Shown here piece after piece: positions 40,825-50,083 of a stretch of 64,000 nucleotides of DNA (the stretch's first letter is position 1; each line of letters starts with the position of its first letter). The DNA lies in contig NZ_JANPAB010000030.1 in the NCBI RefSeq assembly GCF_031429695.1, positions 32,569 through 96,568 on the forward strand, given 5' to 3'. The stretch comes from Sphaerotilus sp. Lineage in GTDB: Bacteria; Pseudomonadota; Gammaproteobacteria; Burkholderiales; Burkholderiaceae_C. Below the pieces are notes generated by a model. It was not told the DNA's origin. It made no database searches and was given only the letters and a program-made list of their open reading frames with translations. The translations under genes and the position numbers were made by a program.

Positions 40825-41622
40825 TCAACCGAAACGGCCGGTGATGTAGTCCTCGGTTTCCTTGCGCCTGGGCTTCATGAAGATGTCCTGGGTCGCGCCG
40901 TACTCGATGAGTTCGCCGATGTACATGTAGGCGGTGTAATCCGACACGCGGGCGGCCTGCTGCATGTTGTGGGTGACGATGAGGATGGTCACCTTGTGCT
41001 TGATCTCGCCGATCAGCTCCTCGATCGCGCCGGTGGCGATCGGGTCGAGCGCCGAAGTCGGCTCGTCGAACAGGAGGATTTCCGGGTCGGTCGCCAGGGC
41101 GCGGGCGATGCACAGGCGCTGCTGCTGGCCGCCGGACATGGCGGACGCCAGATCGTGCAGCCGGTCCTTGGCCTCGTTCCACAGCGCCGCGCTCTTCAGC
41201 GCCGCCTCGACCTTGTCGTCGAGGTAGCTGCGCGATTTCTCGCCCCGCACCCGCAGCCCGTAGGCCACGTTCTCGTAGATCGACTTCGGGAACGGATTCG
41301 GCTTCTGGAACACCATCGACACGCGCATGCGCACCTCGATCGGATCGACGTTCCGGTCGAGCACGTCGATGTTGTCCGGATAGAGGTGGATGCCGCCGCC
41401 ACCGTAGCGGTGGCCCGGGTACAGGTCGTGCATCCGGTTGAAGCAGCGCAGGTAGGTCGATTTGCCGCAGCCGCTGGGGCCGATCAGCGCGGTGACCTTG
41501 TGCTCGTAGACGGGCATCGAGATGCCTTTGAGCGCCTGGAAGTCGCCGTAGTAGAAGTCGAGTTGCTTCGATTCGGCCTTGAGCGTCGGGGCGTTGTCGG
41601 GCAGGGTGATGGTCGAGGCCAT
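40825..41622 (-). CDS. pstB: Phosphate ABC transporter ATPase
   Basis: [34 protein letters not shown]. Confidence 0.96.
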   Translation of the reverse strand: MASTITLPDNAPTLKAESKQLDFYYGDFQALKGISMPVYEHKVTALIGPSGCGKSTYLRCFNRMHDLYPGHRYGGGGIHLYPDNIDVLDRNVDPIEVRMRVSMVFQKPNPFPKSIYENVAYGLRVRGEKSRSYLDDKVEAALKSAALWNEAKDRLHDLASAMSGGQQQRLCIARALATDPEILLFDEPTSALDPIATGAIEELIGEIKHKVTILIVTHNMQQAARVSDYTAYMYIGELIEYGATQDIFMKPRRKETEDYITGRFG

Positions 41623-41636
41623 GGAGGGTTTCCTGG

Positions 41637-42578
41637 TTACCACTTGATGTTCTTGCGCAGGCGGTAGCGCAGCCAGATGGCCACGCCGTTCATGCCCAGC
41701 GTCATGAAGACGAGCACGAAGCTCGCGGCGGCGGCGTTCTGGTGGAAGGCGGGGTCGGGGCGCGAAGTCCAGTTGAAGATCTGGATCGGCATCACCGTGA
41801 ACGGCGAGAACAGCCAGTCGAACAGGCCCGCGACATGGCCCGCTTCGTCGGCCGTGAACGGCACCGGCGGCAGGAAGGCGATGAAGGTCAGCGCGCCGAT
41901 GGTGATGATCGGGGCGGTCTCGCCGATGGCGCGCGACAGGCCGATGATCACGCCGGTCAGGATGCCGGGCGTGCTGTAGGGCAGCAGGTGGTCGCTGACA
42001 ACCTGCCACTGCGACGCGCCGCAGCCATACGCCGCCTCGCGCACATGCTGCGGAATCGCCCGCAAGGCTTCGCGGGTGGTGGTGATGACGATCGGCAGGA
42101 TCAGCAGCGCCAGCGTCAGCCCCGCCGTCAGGATCGACTGGCCCAGCCCGAAGGTGTAGACGAACAGCCCGAGCGCCAGCAGCCCGTAGATGATCGATGG
42201 CACGCCCGCCAGGTTGGTGATGTTCAGCTCGATCACGTCGGTGAACCAGTTCTTGCGGGCGTATTCCTCCAGGTACACCGCCCCGGCGATGCCCAGCGGC
42301 ACGGCCACCAGCGCGGTCAGCACCATCACCAGGATCGAGCCGACCCAGGCCGACAGGATTCCCGCCTGCCCTGCGCGGCGCGAGGGGAAGTGGGTGAAGA
42401 AATCCGCGTCCAGCCGACCGAAGCCGGTGAGCGCCATGTCGGTGAACAGCGCCACCAGCGTCAGGATGCCGACCGCCAGTGCGGCCAGCCCGAGCAGGCC
42501 GAACAGCATGTCCCAGCGCTTGTGCTTGCGGATCAGGGCGCGCAGGCTGGCCAGATCGGTCTTGCGTGTGTGTTCCAT
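41637..42578 (-). CDS. pstA: Phosphate ABC transporter permease
   Basis: [24 protein letters not shown]. Confidence 0.95.
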   Translation of the reverse strand: MEHTRKTDLASLRALIRKHKRWDMLFGLLGLAALAVGILTLVALFTDMALTGFGRLDADFFTHFPSRRAGQAGILSAWVGSILVMVLTALVAVPLGIAGAVYLEEYARKNWFTDVIELNITNLAGVPSIIYGLLALGLFVYTFGLGQSILTAGLTLALLILPIVITTTREALRAIPQHVREAAYGCGASQWQVVSDHLLPYSTPGILTGVIIGLSRAIGETAPIITIGALTFIAFLPPVPFTADEAGHVAGLFDWLFSPFTVMPIQIFNWTSRPDPAFHQNAAAASFVLVFMTLGMNGVAIWLRYRLRKNIKW

Positions 42579-42600
42579 GGGGAGATCCTCAGTCCGTAAC

Positions 42601-43578
42601 TCAGTACGCTTCGCGGAAGCGACGGCGCAGCCAGTAGCCCGCCAGGTTGAACACCAGCGTCACGGCCATCAGCGTCAGGCCGGCGGCGAAGATGGTCTGG
42701 TAGCCGATGCTGCCGTGCGGCAGGTCACCGAGCGCCACCTGCACGATGTACGAGGTGATGGTCGCGGCGGGCTGGGTCGGATCGAGCGTGAGGTTGGGCT
42801 GCATCCCGGCAGCCACCGCCAGGATCATGGTCTCGCCCACTGCCCGGGAGATGCCCAGGATGTAGGCCGCCGCGATGCCCGACAGCGCCGCCGGCACGAC
42901 CACCGTCACGGCGGTCTGCAGCCGCGTGGCGCCCATGGCGTAGGAGCCTTCGCGCAGGCTCATCGGCACCGAGCGCATCGCGTCCTCCGACAGCGACGAG
43001 ATGTACGGGATGATCATGATCCCCATCACGATGCCGGCCGACAGCACGTTGAAACCCGGCAGCTCCGGGAACACCTTCTGCAGCAGCGGCGTCACGAACA
43101 GCAGCGCGAAGTAGCCGTAGATGATGGTCGGGATGCCCGAGAGCAGCTCCAGCATCGGCTTGAGCGTTTCCCGGGTCTTGTGGCCGGCGAACTCGGACAG
43201 GTAGATGGCGATCACCGTACCGAGCGGGATGGCGATCAGCAGCGCGACGACCGAGCTGGTGAGCGTGCCCGACAGCAGCACGCCGATGCCGAAGTGCGCG
43301 TCCGAGAACAGCGGCGTCCACTGCGTGTCGGTCAGGAAATCGACGATCGACACGGCCTGGAAGAACACCAGCGATTCCTTGACCAGCACGTAGACGATGC
43401 CCAGCGTGGTGAAGACCGACACGCAGGCCGCCGCCAGCAACACCAGCTCGATGGCCTTCTCGCGGCGCTGGCGCTTGGCCTTGGATGCCGCGTATTCGGC
43501 CAGTTTCGCCGCCCCCGAGAGGGCCGGCACGGAGGTCACGTTCATCACGTCATCCGGGGTTGCTGAGGTGGCAGACAT
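42601..43578 (-). CDS. pstC: Phosphate ABC transporter permease
   Basis: LSGIPTIIYG, SRAVGETM. Confidence 0.95.
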   Translation of the reverse strand: MSATSATPDDVMNVTSVPALSGAAKLAEYAASKAKRQRREKAIELVLLAAACVSVFTTLGIVYVLVKESLVFFQAVSIVDFLTDTQWTPLFSDAHFGIGVLLSGTLTSSVVALLIAIPLGTVIAIYLSEFAGHKTRETLKPMLELLSGIPTIIYGYFALLFVTPLLQKVFPELPGFNVLSAGIVMGIMIIPYISSLSEDAMRSVPMSLREGSYAMGATRLQTAVTVVVPAALSGIAAAYILGISRAVGETMILAVAAGMQPNLTLDPTQPAATITSYIVQVALGDLPHGSIGYQTIFAAGLTLMAVTLVFNLAGYWLRRRFREAY

Positions 43579-43594
43579 GCGCGGTCTCCGGCGC

Positions 43595-44593
43595 TTACTT
43601 GGCTTCGCGCGCCTGCAGCGCCTCGATCGTCACGCCGACTTCGGCGACACCACCGAACACGGTGCCCTTCTTGCCCTTGGCGAGGTGCTCCAGGTTGGTG
43701 ATGTACGCCTTCGGGGGCAGCGGCACGTACTTCACTTCCTTGGCGATCTTCGGGCCGGCCTTCATGTAGTACTCGACGAACTCCTTCACCTCCGGCTTGG
43801 CCAGCGACTTGGCGTTGACGTAGATGAAGATCGGGCGGGCCAGCGGCTGGTAGGAGCCGTCGATCACGGTCTGTTCGCTCGGCAGCACGCCCGGCTTGCC
43901 CGCCTTCTCGACGATCGGCACCGCCTTGAGCTTGGCGGTGTTCTCGGCGTAGTAGGCGTAGCCGAAGTAGCCGAGCGCGTTCACGTCGTTGGCCACACCG
44001 GTGACCAGCACGTTGTCGTCTTCGGATGCGGTGAAGTCACCGCGGCTGGCCTTGGCCTTGCCGTTGATGGCTTCGGTGAAGTAGTCGAAGGTGCCCGAAT
44101 CGGCGCCCGCGCCGAACAGCTTGATCGGCGCCTTCGGCCACGCGGGGTTCACCTGGTCCCAGGTCATGACCTTGCCTTGCGCGGCCGGCTCCCACATCGT
44201 CTTCAGCTCGGCGACGGTGATCTGTTTCAGGAAGGTGTTCTTCGGGTTGATGACCACGGTCAGCGCATCGAACGCCACCGGCAGCTCGAAATACTCGACG
44301 CCCGCGGCCTTGCAGTCGGCGATTTCCTTGGTCAGGATCGGCCGCGAGGCGCCGGAGATGTCGGTCTCGTCGCGGCAGAATTTCTTGAAACCGCCACCCG
44401 TGCCCGAGATGCCGACGGTGACCTTGATGGCACCCTTCTTCATCTTCTGGAAGTCCTCGGCCACGCCTTCGGTGATCGGGAACACGGTGGACGAGCCGTC
44501 GATCTTGATGACCTGCGCCTGCGCCACGCAGGGCAGCACGCCAGCAGCGGTCACGAGGGCGGCGACGGTGGCCAGTTGGGTCAGCTTGTTCAT
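43595..44593 (-). CDS. pstS: Phosphate ABC transporter substrate-binding protein
   Basis: Signal peptide; DGSSTVFP, SGTGGG, DSGTFDYF, YQPLARP. Confidence 0.93.
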   Translation of the reverse strand: MNKLTQLATVAALVTAAGVLPCVAQAQVIKIDGSSTVFPITEGVAEDFQKMKKGAIKVTVGISGTGGGFKKFCRDETDISGASRPILTKEIADCKAAGVEYFELPVAFDALTVVINPKNTFLKQITVAELKTMWEPAAQGKVMTWDQVNPAWPKAPIKLFGAGADSGTFDYFTEAINGKAKASRGDFTASEDDNVLVTGVANDVNALGYFGYAYYAENTAKLKAVPIVEKAGKPGVLPSEQTVIDGSYQPLARPIFIYVNAKSLAKPEVKEFVEYYMKAGPKIAKEVKYVPLPPKAYITNLEHLAKGKKGTVFGGVAEVGVTIEALQAREAK

Positions 44594-44652
44594 CAGAGGT
44601 TCTCCTGGGGAGACGAATCGTTGTGGGACTCGGGCCAATGTAGGCAGAAGCT

Positions 44653-44670
44653 GTGAAAGTTTCGTGACAC
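44653..44670 (-). promoter_or_regulatory. Pho box upstream of pstS
   Basis: Minus strand GTGTCAC-gaaa-CTTTCAC (7-4-7). Confidence 0.75.
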
Positions 44671-44689
44671 CCGGCGTCACGGATCCGCA

Positions 44690-45085
44690 TCACGACCCGG
44701 CACTGAAGCGGTAGCCGATGCCGCGCACGGTGCGGATGACATCACCCGCCCCGGCGTCTTCGAGGCAGCGGCGCAGTCGCTTGATGTTCTGGTCCACGGT
44801 GCGGGCATCGACCTCGCTGCCCTCGCCCCAGACCGCGTCGAGGATCTGCCGCCGCTCGACGGCATGGTCCGGTCGCGCCATCAGGCACTGCAGCAGCTTC
44901 AGTTCCACCGGGGCCAGTTCGACCGGCGTGGTGCGCCCGTGGCGGTGGACGGTGATCAGGTGCCGCTCGGCGTCGATCTCGATCGGGCCGGCGCGCAGGC
45001 ACCGCGTGTCATGTGCCGTGTGCGCCGAGAGCCACTCGCGAACCACCGCGTCGTCGACCAACATCACCACCATGCGCATCGCCAT
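44690..45085 (-). CDS. PhoB-like winged-helix protein lacking a receiver domain
   Basis: 131 aa; LLQCLM, VWGEGSEVDARTVDQNIKRLR, IRTVRGIGYRF; GAGG RBS. Confidence 0.8.
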   Translation of the reverse strand: MAMRMVVMLVDDAVVREWLSAHTAHDTRCLRAGPIEIDAERHLITVHRHGRTTPVELAPVELKLLQCLMARPDHAVERRQILDAVWGEGSEVDARTVDQNIKRLRRCLEDAGAGDVIRTVRGIGYRFSAGS

Positions 45086-45132
45086 CGCTTCACCTCTTCA
45101 CCGACCAGAAGCCGCCATGGTCGTGCTGACAT

Positions 45133-45150
45133 GTGACAGTGTTTTGACAA
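45133..45150 (-). promoter_or_regulatory. Pho box upstream of the PhoB-like wHTH gene
   Basis: Minus strand TTGTCAA-aaca-CTGTCAC. Confidence 0.7.
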
Positions 45151-45179
45151 GGAGGGGCCACCTTGAAATAAATCCACTA

Positions 45180-45195
45180 TTCCAATAAAGTGGAA
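45180..45195. promoter_or_regulatory. Likely ArsR operator
   Basis: TTCCA-ataaag-TGGAA just before the arsR start. Confidence 0.5.
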
Positions 45196-45197
45196 AC

Positions 45198-45557
45198 ATG
45201 GAATCAACCAGCGAAACAATGCAAGAATCCGCCGCTATCGCCGCGCTGGCCGCACTGGCTCAAACGATGCGGCTGCGCGTCTTTCGGGCCTTGATTGGCG
45301 CCGGGCCGGACGGCATGACACCGAGTGCGCTCGGCGTGCTGCTCGACGTGCCGGCCTCGACGCTGTCGTTCCACCTGAAGGAGCTGATGCACGCCGGACT
45401 CGTCACCCAGGAGCGCGACGGCCGCAACCTCATCTACCGCGCCGCGATGGCGCAGATGAACGCGCTGCTCGACTACCTCACCGCGCACTGCTGCGAAGGC
45501 GCAGCCACCGCCTGCGCCACGACCGCCCCACCCGACTGCGGCACCACCTGCCGCTGA
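45198..45557 (+). CDS. arsR: ArsR-family repressor with C-terminal cysteines
   Basis: STLSFHLKEL; LTAHCC. Confidence 0.9.
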   Translation: MESTSETMQESAAIAALAALAQTMRLRVFRALIGAGPDGMTPSALGVLLDVPASTLSFHLKELMHAGLVTQERDGRNLIYRAAMAQMNALLDYLTAHCCEGAATACATTAPPDCGTTCR

Positions 45558-45600
45558 TCACCCGACCCAAGCCATCCCCACATCCCCACCGGAGTCCCGC

Positions 45601-46080
45601 ATGAAGCGTTTCCACGTCCACCTCCACGTCAATGACCTCGCCAGGAGCATCGCCTTCTATTCGAAGCTGTTCGCCGCCGAACCCGCCCGCGTCGAGGGCG
45701 ACTACGCCAAGTGGATGCTCGACGACCCGGCGGTCAACTTCGCCATCTCGACCCGCGGTGCCCAGCCCGGCATCGACCACCTGGGCATCCAGACCAACAA
45801 CGCCGAGGAACTCGCCGCGCTGAAAGCCCGTGCCGAGGCCGCCGACATGGCCTTGCTCGACGAAGGCGCGACCACCTGCTGCTACGCCAAGAGCGAAAAG
45901 CACTGGCTCACCGACCCGCAGGGCATCGCCTGGGAGCATTTCCACACGCTCGGCAACATCCCCGTGTTCCGCGAGGCCCCGGCCGCAGTGGTCGAAACCG
46001 CCACCGCCTGCTGCACGCCAACGCCGCGTGGCAAGCCGATCGGCATCCCCGTCAAGTCGGCGGGCTCGTCCTGCTGCTGA
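45601..46080 (+). CDS. arsI: ArsI/CadI-family VOC protein (possible C-As lyase)
   Basis: RFHVHL, DHLG, TCCYAKSEKHW, WEHF. Confidence 0.82.
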   Translation: MKRFHVHLHVNDLARSIAFYSKLFAAEPARVEGDYAKWMLDDPAVNFAISTRGAQPGIDHLGIQTNNAEELAALKARAEAADMALLDEGATTCCYAKSEKHWLTDPQGIAWEHFHTLGNIPVFREAPAAVVETATACCTPTPRGKPIGIPVKSAGSSCC

Positions 46081-46104
46081 GCAGAACGCTGAGCGGAACC
46101 CGCC

Positions 46105-46620
46105 ATGACCGTCCACGTCCTGATCCTCTGCACCCACAACTCGGCCCGCAGCGTGCTGAGCGAGGGCATGCTCAACCACCTGGCGGCTCGGCTCGGTCGC
46201 GATGTCCGTGCCCACAGCGCCGGCAGCGCCCCGAGTGGCCGGCTCAACCCGTTCGCGCTGCAGGCGCTGAACGCCGCCGGCATCGACACCGCGGCCTGCC
46301 GCAGCAAGTCATGGGACGAGTTCACTGGCCCGGACGCGCCGCCGCTGTCCATCGTCATCACCGTGTGCGACTCGGCCGCGGCGGAAAGCTGCCCGGTGTT
46401 CCATGGCGGCAGTGGTTCGAACGGCGCCCCGCCCGTCAAGGTCCACTGGGGCTACCCGGACCCGTCGAACGCGGAAGGAGGCGACGCCGGCAAGGCCCGC
46501 GCCTTCGAGCTGGCCCGGCAGGCGATCGGCTACCGGATGCTGCAGTTGCTCGCGCTGCCGCTGGAGACGATGGACCGCGCTGCGCTGCAAGCGGCGCTCA
46601 CCGCCATCGGGCGGAGCTGA
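46105..46620 (+). CDS. arsC: Arsenate reductase, LMW-PTP fold
   Basis: LCTHNSARS, VCDSAAAESCP, HWGYPDP. Confidence 0.88.
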   Translation: MTVHVLILCTHNSARSVLSEGMLNHLAARLGRDVRAHSAGSAPSGRLNPFALQALNAAGIDTAACRSKSWDEFTGPDAPPLSIVITVCDSAAAESCPVFHGGSGSNGAPPVKVHWGYPDPSNAEGGDAGKARAFELARQAIGYRMLQLLALPLETMDRAALQAALTAIGRS

Positions 46621-46624
46621 GCCG

Positions 46625-47329
46625 ATGCCGACTTCCACGACCACGCTTTTTCGTCACCTGAGCGCCGAAGCTCTCGGCACCGCGCTGCTGCTGGCCATCG
46701 TGATCGGCTCCGGCGTCATGGCCGAGCGGCTCTCGGGCGGCAACGTCGCGGTGGCGCTGCTGGCGAACACGGCGGCGACGGTCGGCGGGCTGTATGTGCT
46801 GATCGAGGTCTTCGGCCCGGTCAGCGGCGCGCACTTCAATCCGGCCGTCAGCGCCGTGATGGCGTGGCGTGGCGAGCTGCCCGCCACGCGCTTGCTGCCC
46901 TGCGTGCTGGCGCAGCTCGTCGGCGCCGTGGCAGGCGCGTGGCTGGCCCACGGCATGTTCGACTTGCCGGTGCTGCAATGGTCCACCAAGGTGCGCAGCG
47001 GCACGGGACAGCGGCTGGCGGAAGCGGTCGCCACGGCCGGGCTGCTGCTGGTGATCCTGCGCGCCGGTCCGGGCAAGGCACCGTCGCTGGTGGCGGCCTA
47101 CATCGGCTCGGCCTACTGGTTCACGGCCTCGACCTCGTTCGCCAACCCGGCCGCCGCCTTCGGGCGCATGTGGAGCGACACCTTCGCCGGCATCGCCCCG
47201 GCGAGCGTGCCGGGGTTCATCGTGGCGCAGTGCGCGGGGGCTGTCCTGGGGGTGTGGCTGGACCGGCTGCTCGGGCATCCGGCACCCACACCGTCCCCCG
47301 GGCCCCTCAACGGCAGTCCACGACCTTGA
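46625..47329 (+). CDS. MIP/aquaglyceroporin (AqpS-like)
   Basis: SGAHFNPAVS and FANPA motifs; last gene of the ars operon. Confidence 0.88.
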   Translation: MPTSTTTLFRHLSAEALGTALLLAIVIGSGVMAERLSGGNVAVALLANTAATVGGLYVLIEVFGPVSGAHFNPAVSAVMAWRGELPATRLLPCVLAQLVGAVAGAWLAHGMFDLPVLQWSTKVRSGTGQRLAEAVATAGLLLVILRAGPGKAPSLVAAYIGSAYWFTASTSFANPAAAFGRMWSDTFAGIAPASVPGFIVAQCAGAVLGVWLDRLLGHPAPTPSPGPLNGSPRP

Positions 47330-48524
47330 ACTCGACCCGCCGGTCCACGGCGTCCTTCAGGTCATCGCTGCCAGTGCCGACGAGGTTGTCGCGCCAGGCC
47401 ACGCCGGCGGTGTCGATGCGGCGGGCCAGCATCGGGTTGGCGGCTTCGAGCTGCTCGCGCACGGCGGCGGCGCGCTGGGCGGACAGCGTCAGGTTGAAAT
47501 CCAGCGCCCCGGTGCGGCTCGAATGGCCGATCACCTGCAGGCAGGACGGCGCCTCACCCGCCTGCCGGGCGATCTCGCGCAGCCAGTCCGGGTAGGGCTT
47601 GCGGATGGCAGGGTCGGCGATGTAGTCGGTCTTGCCGGGTGAGAACAGCAGCTTCACGCCCATCGCGCGGGTCTTCAGGCCGAGCGCGACGATGCGGGAG
47701 AAGGCATCGCGCGATTCGTCCTCGCGGCCCGAGCGGACGGACGCGAGGTAGGTGCCGACCAGCGCCTGCATCGTGTCCGCACCAGGCAAGGTGGCCGCCG
47801 AACGGTAGAGCATCAGCGCCCGGTCGTAGCTGCCGACGCTGTAGGCCAGCCCGGCCTCGTCCAGTCGGGCGATGGACACGGTGCGCTCACGCTCCGACAA
47901 CACCGCGGCACCGGGTACTGCGGGTGTGGCACTGGCGTCTGCCGCCATCAGCGCAAACGGGCTTTCCCGAAAGAACGCCACCGGGGTTCCGTCCAGCGTG
48001 CCGTCGGCTATCGATGCATCGCTGCGCGCCAGCGTGCGGCCGTCTTTCAGGCTGACGAAGCGCAGGGCGAGCGTCATGCGGTCGGTGGCGCGGCGGCCGT
48101 CGGGCAGCGTGGCCGCGGTCAGCGTCGTGTCCAGGCGCACATCGCTCACGGCCGCCGCGGCCGCCGTGAACGGCACCAGCTCCAGCCCGCGGTGCTGGCT
48201 CTTGAGGTGGACCGCGATCAGTTCGCGCACGCGCACCGTGGTCGCCGTCTGCTGCCGGCTGATGGCGTCGAGCACCGGCGCGACGTAGACCTGCGTGGGA
48301 CGGATGGTCAGGAAGCGCGCGAGACCGCGCTCGGTTTCCATGCGCCGCACAGCGTCGTCGGTGGCCATGCCCACCGCCTGGGCCAGCGGCAGCTCGGCGG
48401 TGATCGGCGGCGGGGGCAGTGTGCTGCAGCCGGCCAGCGAAAGCGCCAGCGCCAGCAGCACGGCGAAGGTCAGGTGGCCAAGGTGGCGGCTTGCGGCGTG
48501 GTGCAACGGGGGGCGCTGGGGCAT
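47307..48524 (-). CDS. OmpA-family lipoprotein
   Basis: Lipobox LAGC; C-terminal GHSSRTG, NLTLSAQRA, RRVEF; helical TPR-like middle. Confidence 0.8.
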   Translation of the reverse strand: MPQRPPLHHAASRHLGHLTFAVLLALALSLAGCSTLPPPPITAELPLAQAVGMATDDAVRRMETERGLARFLTIRPTQVYVAPVLDAISRQQTATTVRVRELIAVHLKSQHRGLELVPFTAAAAAVSDVRLDTTLTAATLPDGRRATDRMTLALRFVSLKDGRTLARSDASIADGTLDGTPVAFFRESPFALMAADASATPAVPGAAVLSERERTVSIARLDEAGLAYSVGSYDRALMLYRSAATLPGADTMQALVGTYLASVRSGREDESRDAFSRIVALGLKTRAMGVKLLFSPGKTDYIADPAIRKPYPDWLREIARQAGEAPSCLQVIGHSSRTGALDFNLTLSAQRAAAVREQLEAANPMLARRIDTAGVAWRDNLVGTGSDDLKDAVDRRVEFKVVDCR

Positions 48525-48571
48525 GGTGGCAGCTCCTGGGTCAGGGTCAAGGACGCACGGTGTGCGCGGGT

Positions 48572-49981
48572 TCATTCGCAGGCGGGATTGCGCTCACGTT
48601 CGGCGCCACCGATCTCCAGCGAGCGGCGGCGTAGCCAGTCGATGCAGGCCTCAGACGGTTTTTTCTTGCTGGCAGCAGCGGTCTGGACTGGCGGAGGCAC
48701 CGGCACGGGGGCTCGGCTGGCCGCAGCGACGGGTGGACGGACAGGCTTGGCGGTCTCGGCAGAGCGCACGGGCCTGGGTGGTGGCGCGGGGGCGGCGGTT
48801 GGCGGCGGCGCGATCACCACCGCCGACGCAGGCCGAGGTGGTGCGACCGGGGCAGCGACCGGGGGCACCAACTTGGCCGGCTCTGCGGTGCGGGCGATCG
48901 GAACGGGCGGGGCTTCGGGCGGGGCGGGCTCGTGGTTGATCCACAGCACCGAGAACACCGCCGAGAACGACACCAGCAACCCCACCAGCGTCACCACGCC
49001 TGTGCGGTCGGGCTTGACCGGCGCGGGGGGTGGCGCGGGCGGCGGCGGGGCCACCCCCGGTTTCGGCTCGGCAACGACCGGCGCGTGGTGTTCCGACCAG
49101 CCCAGGGCCATGCGCAGTGCCGCGACGCTGCCGAGGCGGTCCGCGGGTTTGAGTGCCAGCGCGCTGCGCAGGGCACGGCGGCGCAGCGGATCGGGCTCGA
49201 CCCGCTCCAGCTCGGCCCAGCAGTCCGGCGCATCGGCCTGGCGACGTGACAGGCTGGGCGGCGCCGAGCCGGTGAGCAGCCAGTGGGCGAGTGCCGCGAT
49301 GCCATGCACGTCGGTCCACGGGCCGGTGGCCAGCCCGGCGTCCCGGCCAGCGTCGGTCTGCTCCAGCGCCAGCCAGGGGGACAGCGGCTGGCGGCTGGGA
49401 TCGGTGTCCGGCAGCGGCAGGCACCACGCCCCGCTGTCCTGCACGCGCACCCGCTCGGGTGTCAGGCTGCCGTGGACCTCGCCCAGGCGGTGCAGCGGCT
49501 CGACCGCGCTGCAGCATGCGTGCAGTCCGGCGTCCACGGTGGCGCGGTCCGGCCAGCCGGGGCCGTCCTCGGCCACCTGGCGCAGCGTGCGGCCCGTCAC
49601 GGGCGTCAGGCAGACCCAGGCGGTGCCGTTGGCCTGCCCTTGCGCTTCGATGCGCACCAGCGCCGAAGGGGCCAGCCGGGCCAGATCGGCGGAGCGGCCG
49701 GCCTGCGCCCAGTGGCCGGTCAGCCGCGTCCAGCGCGCCAGCCAGTCGCGGAAATCGGCCTCGGCGTCTGGCAGCGGCACCACCTCCACACCGATGCGCT
49801 GCACCAGCCCGACCGGGCAGCCCTCGCGGACCGCCACGGTGCGGCCGCTGTGGCGCTCTTCGGCGGCGTAGTCGAAGCCGTCCAGGTCATCGCCCAGGCA
49901 ACCCGTCAGCACGTATGGACCCAGGCAGGTACCCGGTGGCAGCGGGGTCGGGAAGGCGAGAGTGGCGTAATGGGATGGCAT
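48572..49981 (-). CDS. Membrane Ser/Thr pseudokinase with Pro-rich linker
   Basis: Kinase-fold order retained (TVAVRE, HGSLTPE, GPWTDVH, ALKPADR) with catalytic motifs degenerate; one TM segment. Start trimmed from the 881-aa ORF. Confidence 0.7.
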   Translation of the reverse strand: MPSHYATLAFPTPLPPGTCLGPYVLTGCLGDDLDGFDYAAEERHSGRTVAVREGCPVGLVQRIGVEVVPLPDAEADFRDWLARWTRLTGHWAQAGRSADLARLAPSALVRIEAQGQANGTAWVCLTPVTGRTLRQVAEDGPGWPDRATVDAGLHACCSAVEPLHRLGEVHGSLTPERVRVQDSGAWCLPLPDTDPSRQPLSPWLALEQTDAGRDAGLATGPWTDVHGIAALAHWLLTGSAPPSLSRRQADAPDCWAELERVEPDPLRRRALRSALALKPADRLGSVAALRMALGWSEHHAPVVAEPKPGVAPPPPAPPPAPVKPDRTGVVTLVGLLVSFSAVFSVLWINHEPAPPEAPPVPIARTAEPAKLVPPVAAPVAPPRPASAVVIAPPPTAAPAPPPRPVRSAETAKPVRPPVAAASRAPVPVPPPVQTAAASKKKPSEACIDWLRRRSLEIGGAERERNPACE

Positions 49982-50083
49982 GAGCGGCTGGATTATGGAA
50001 ACAATGCCCCGATCTGACATTGCGCATGGGACGTTTTCACACGCCGGCTTCAGCATTGGCAAAGTTTCGAAGGGATTCCCGCA

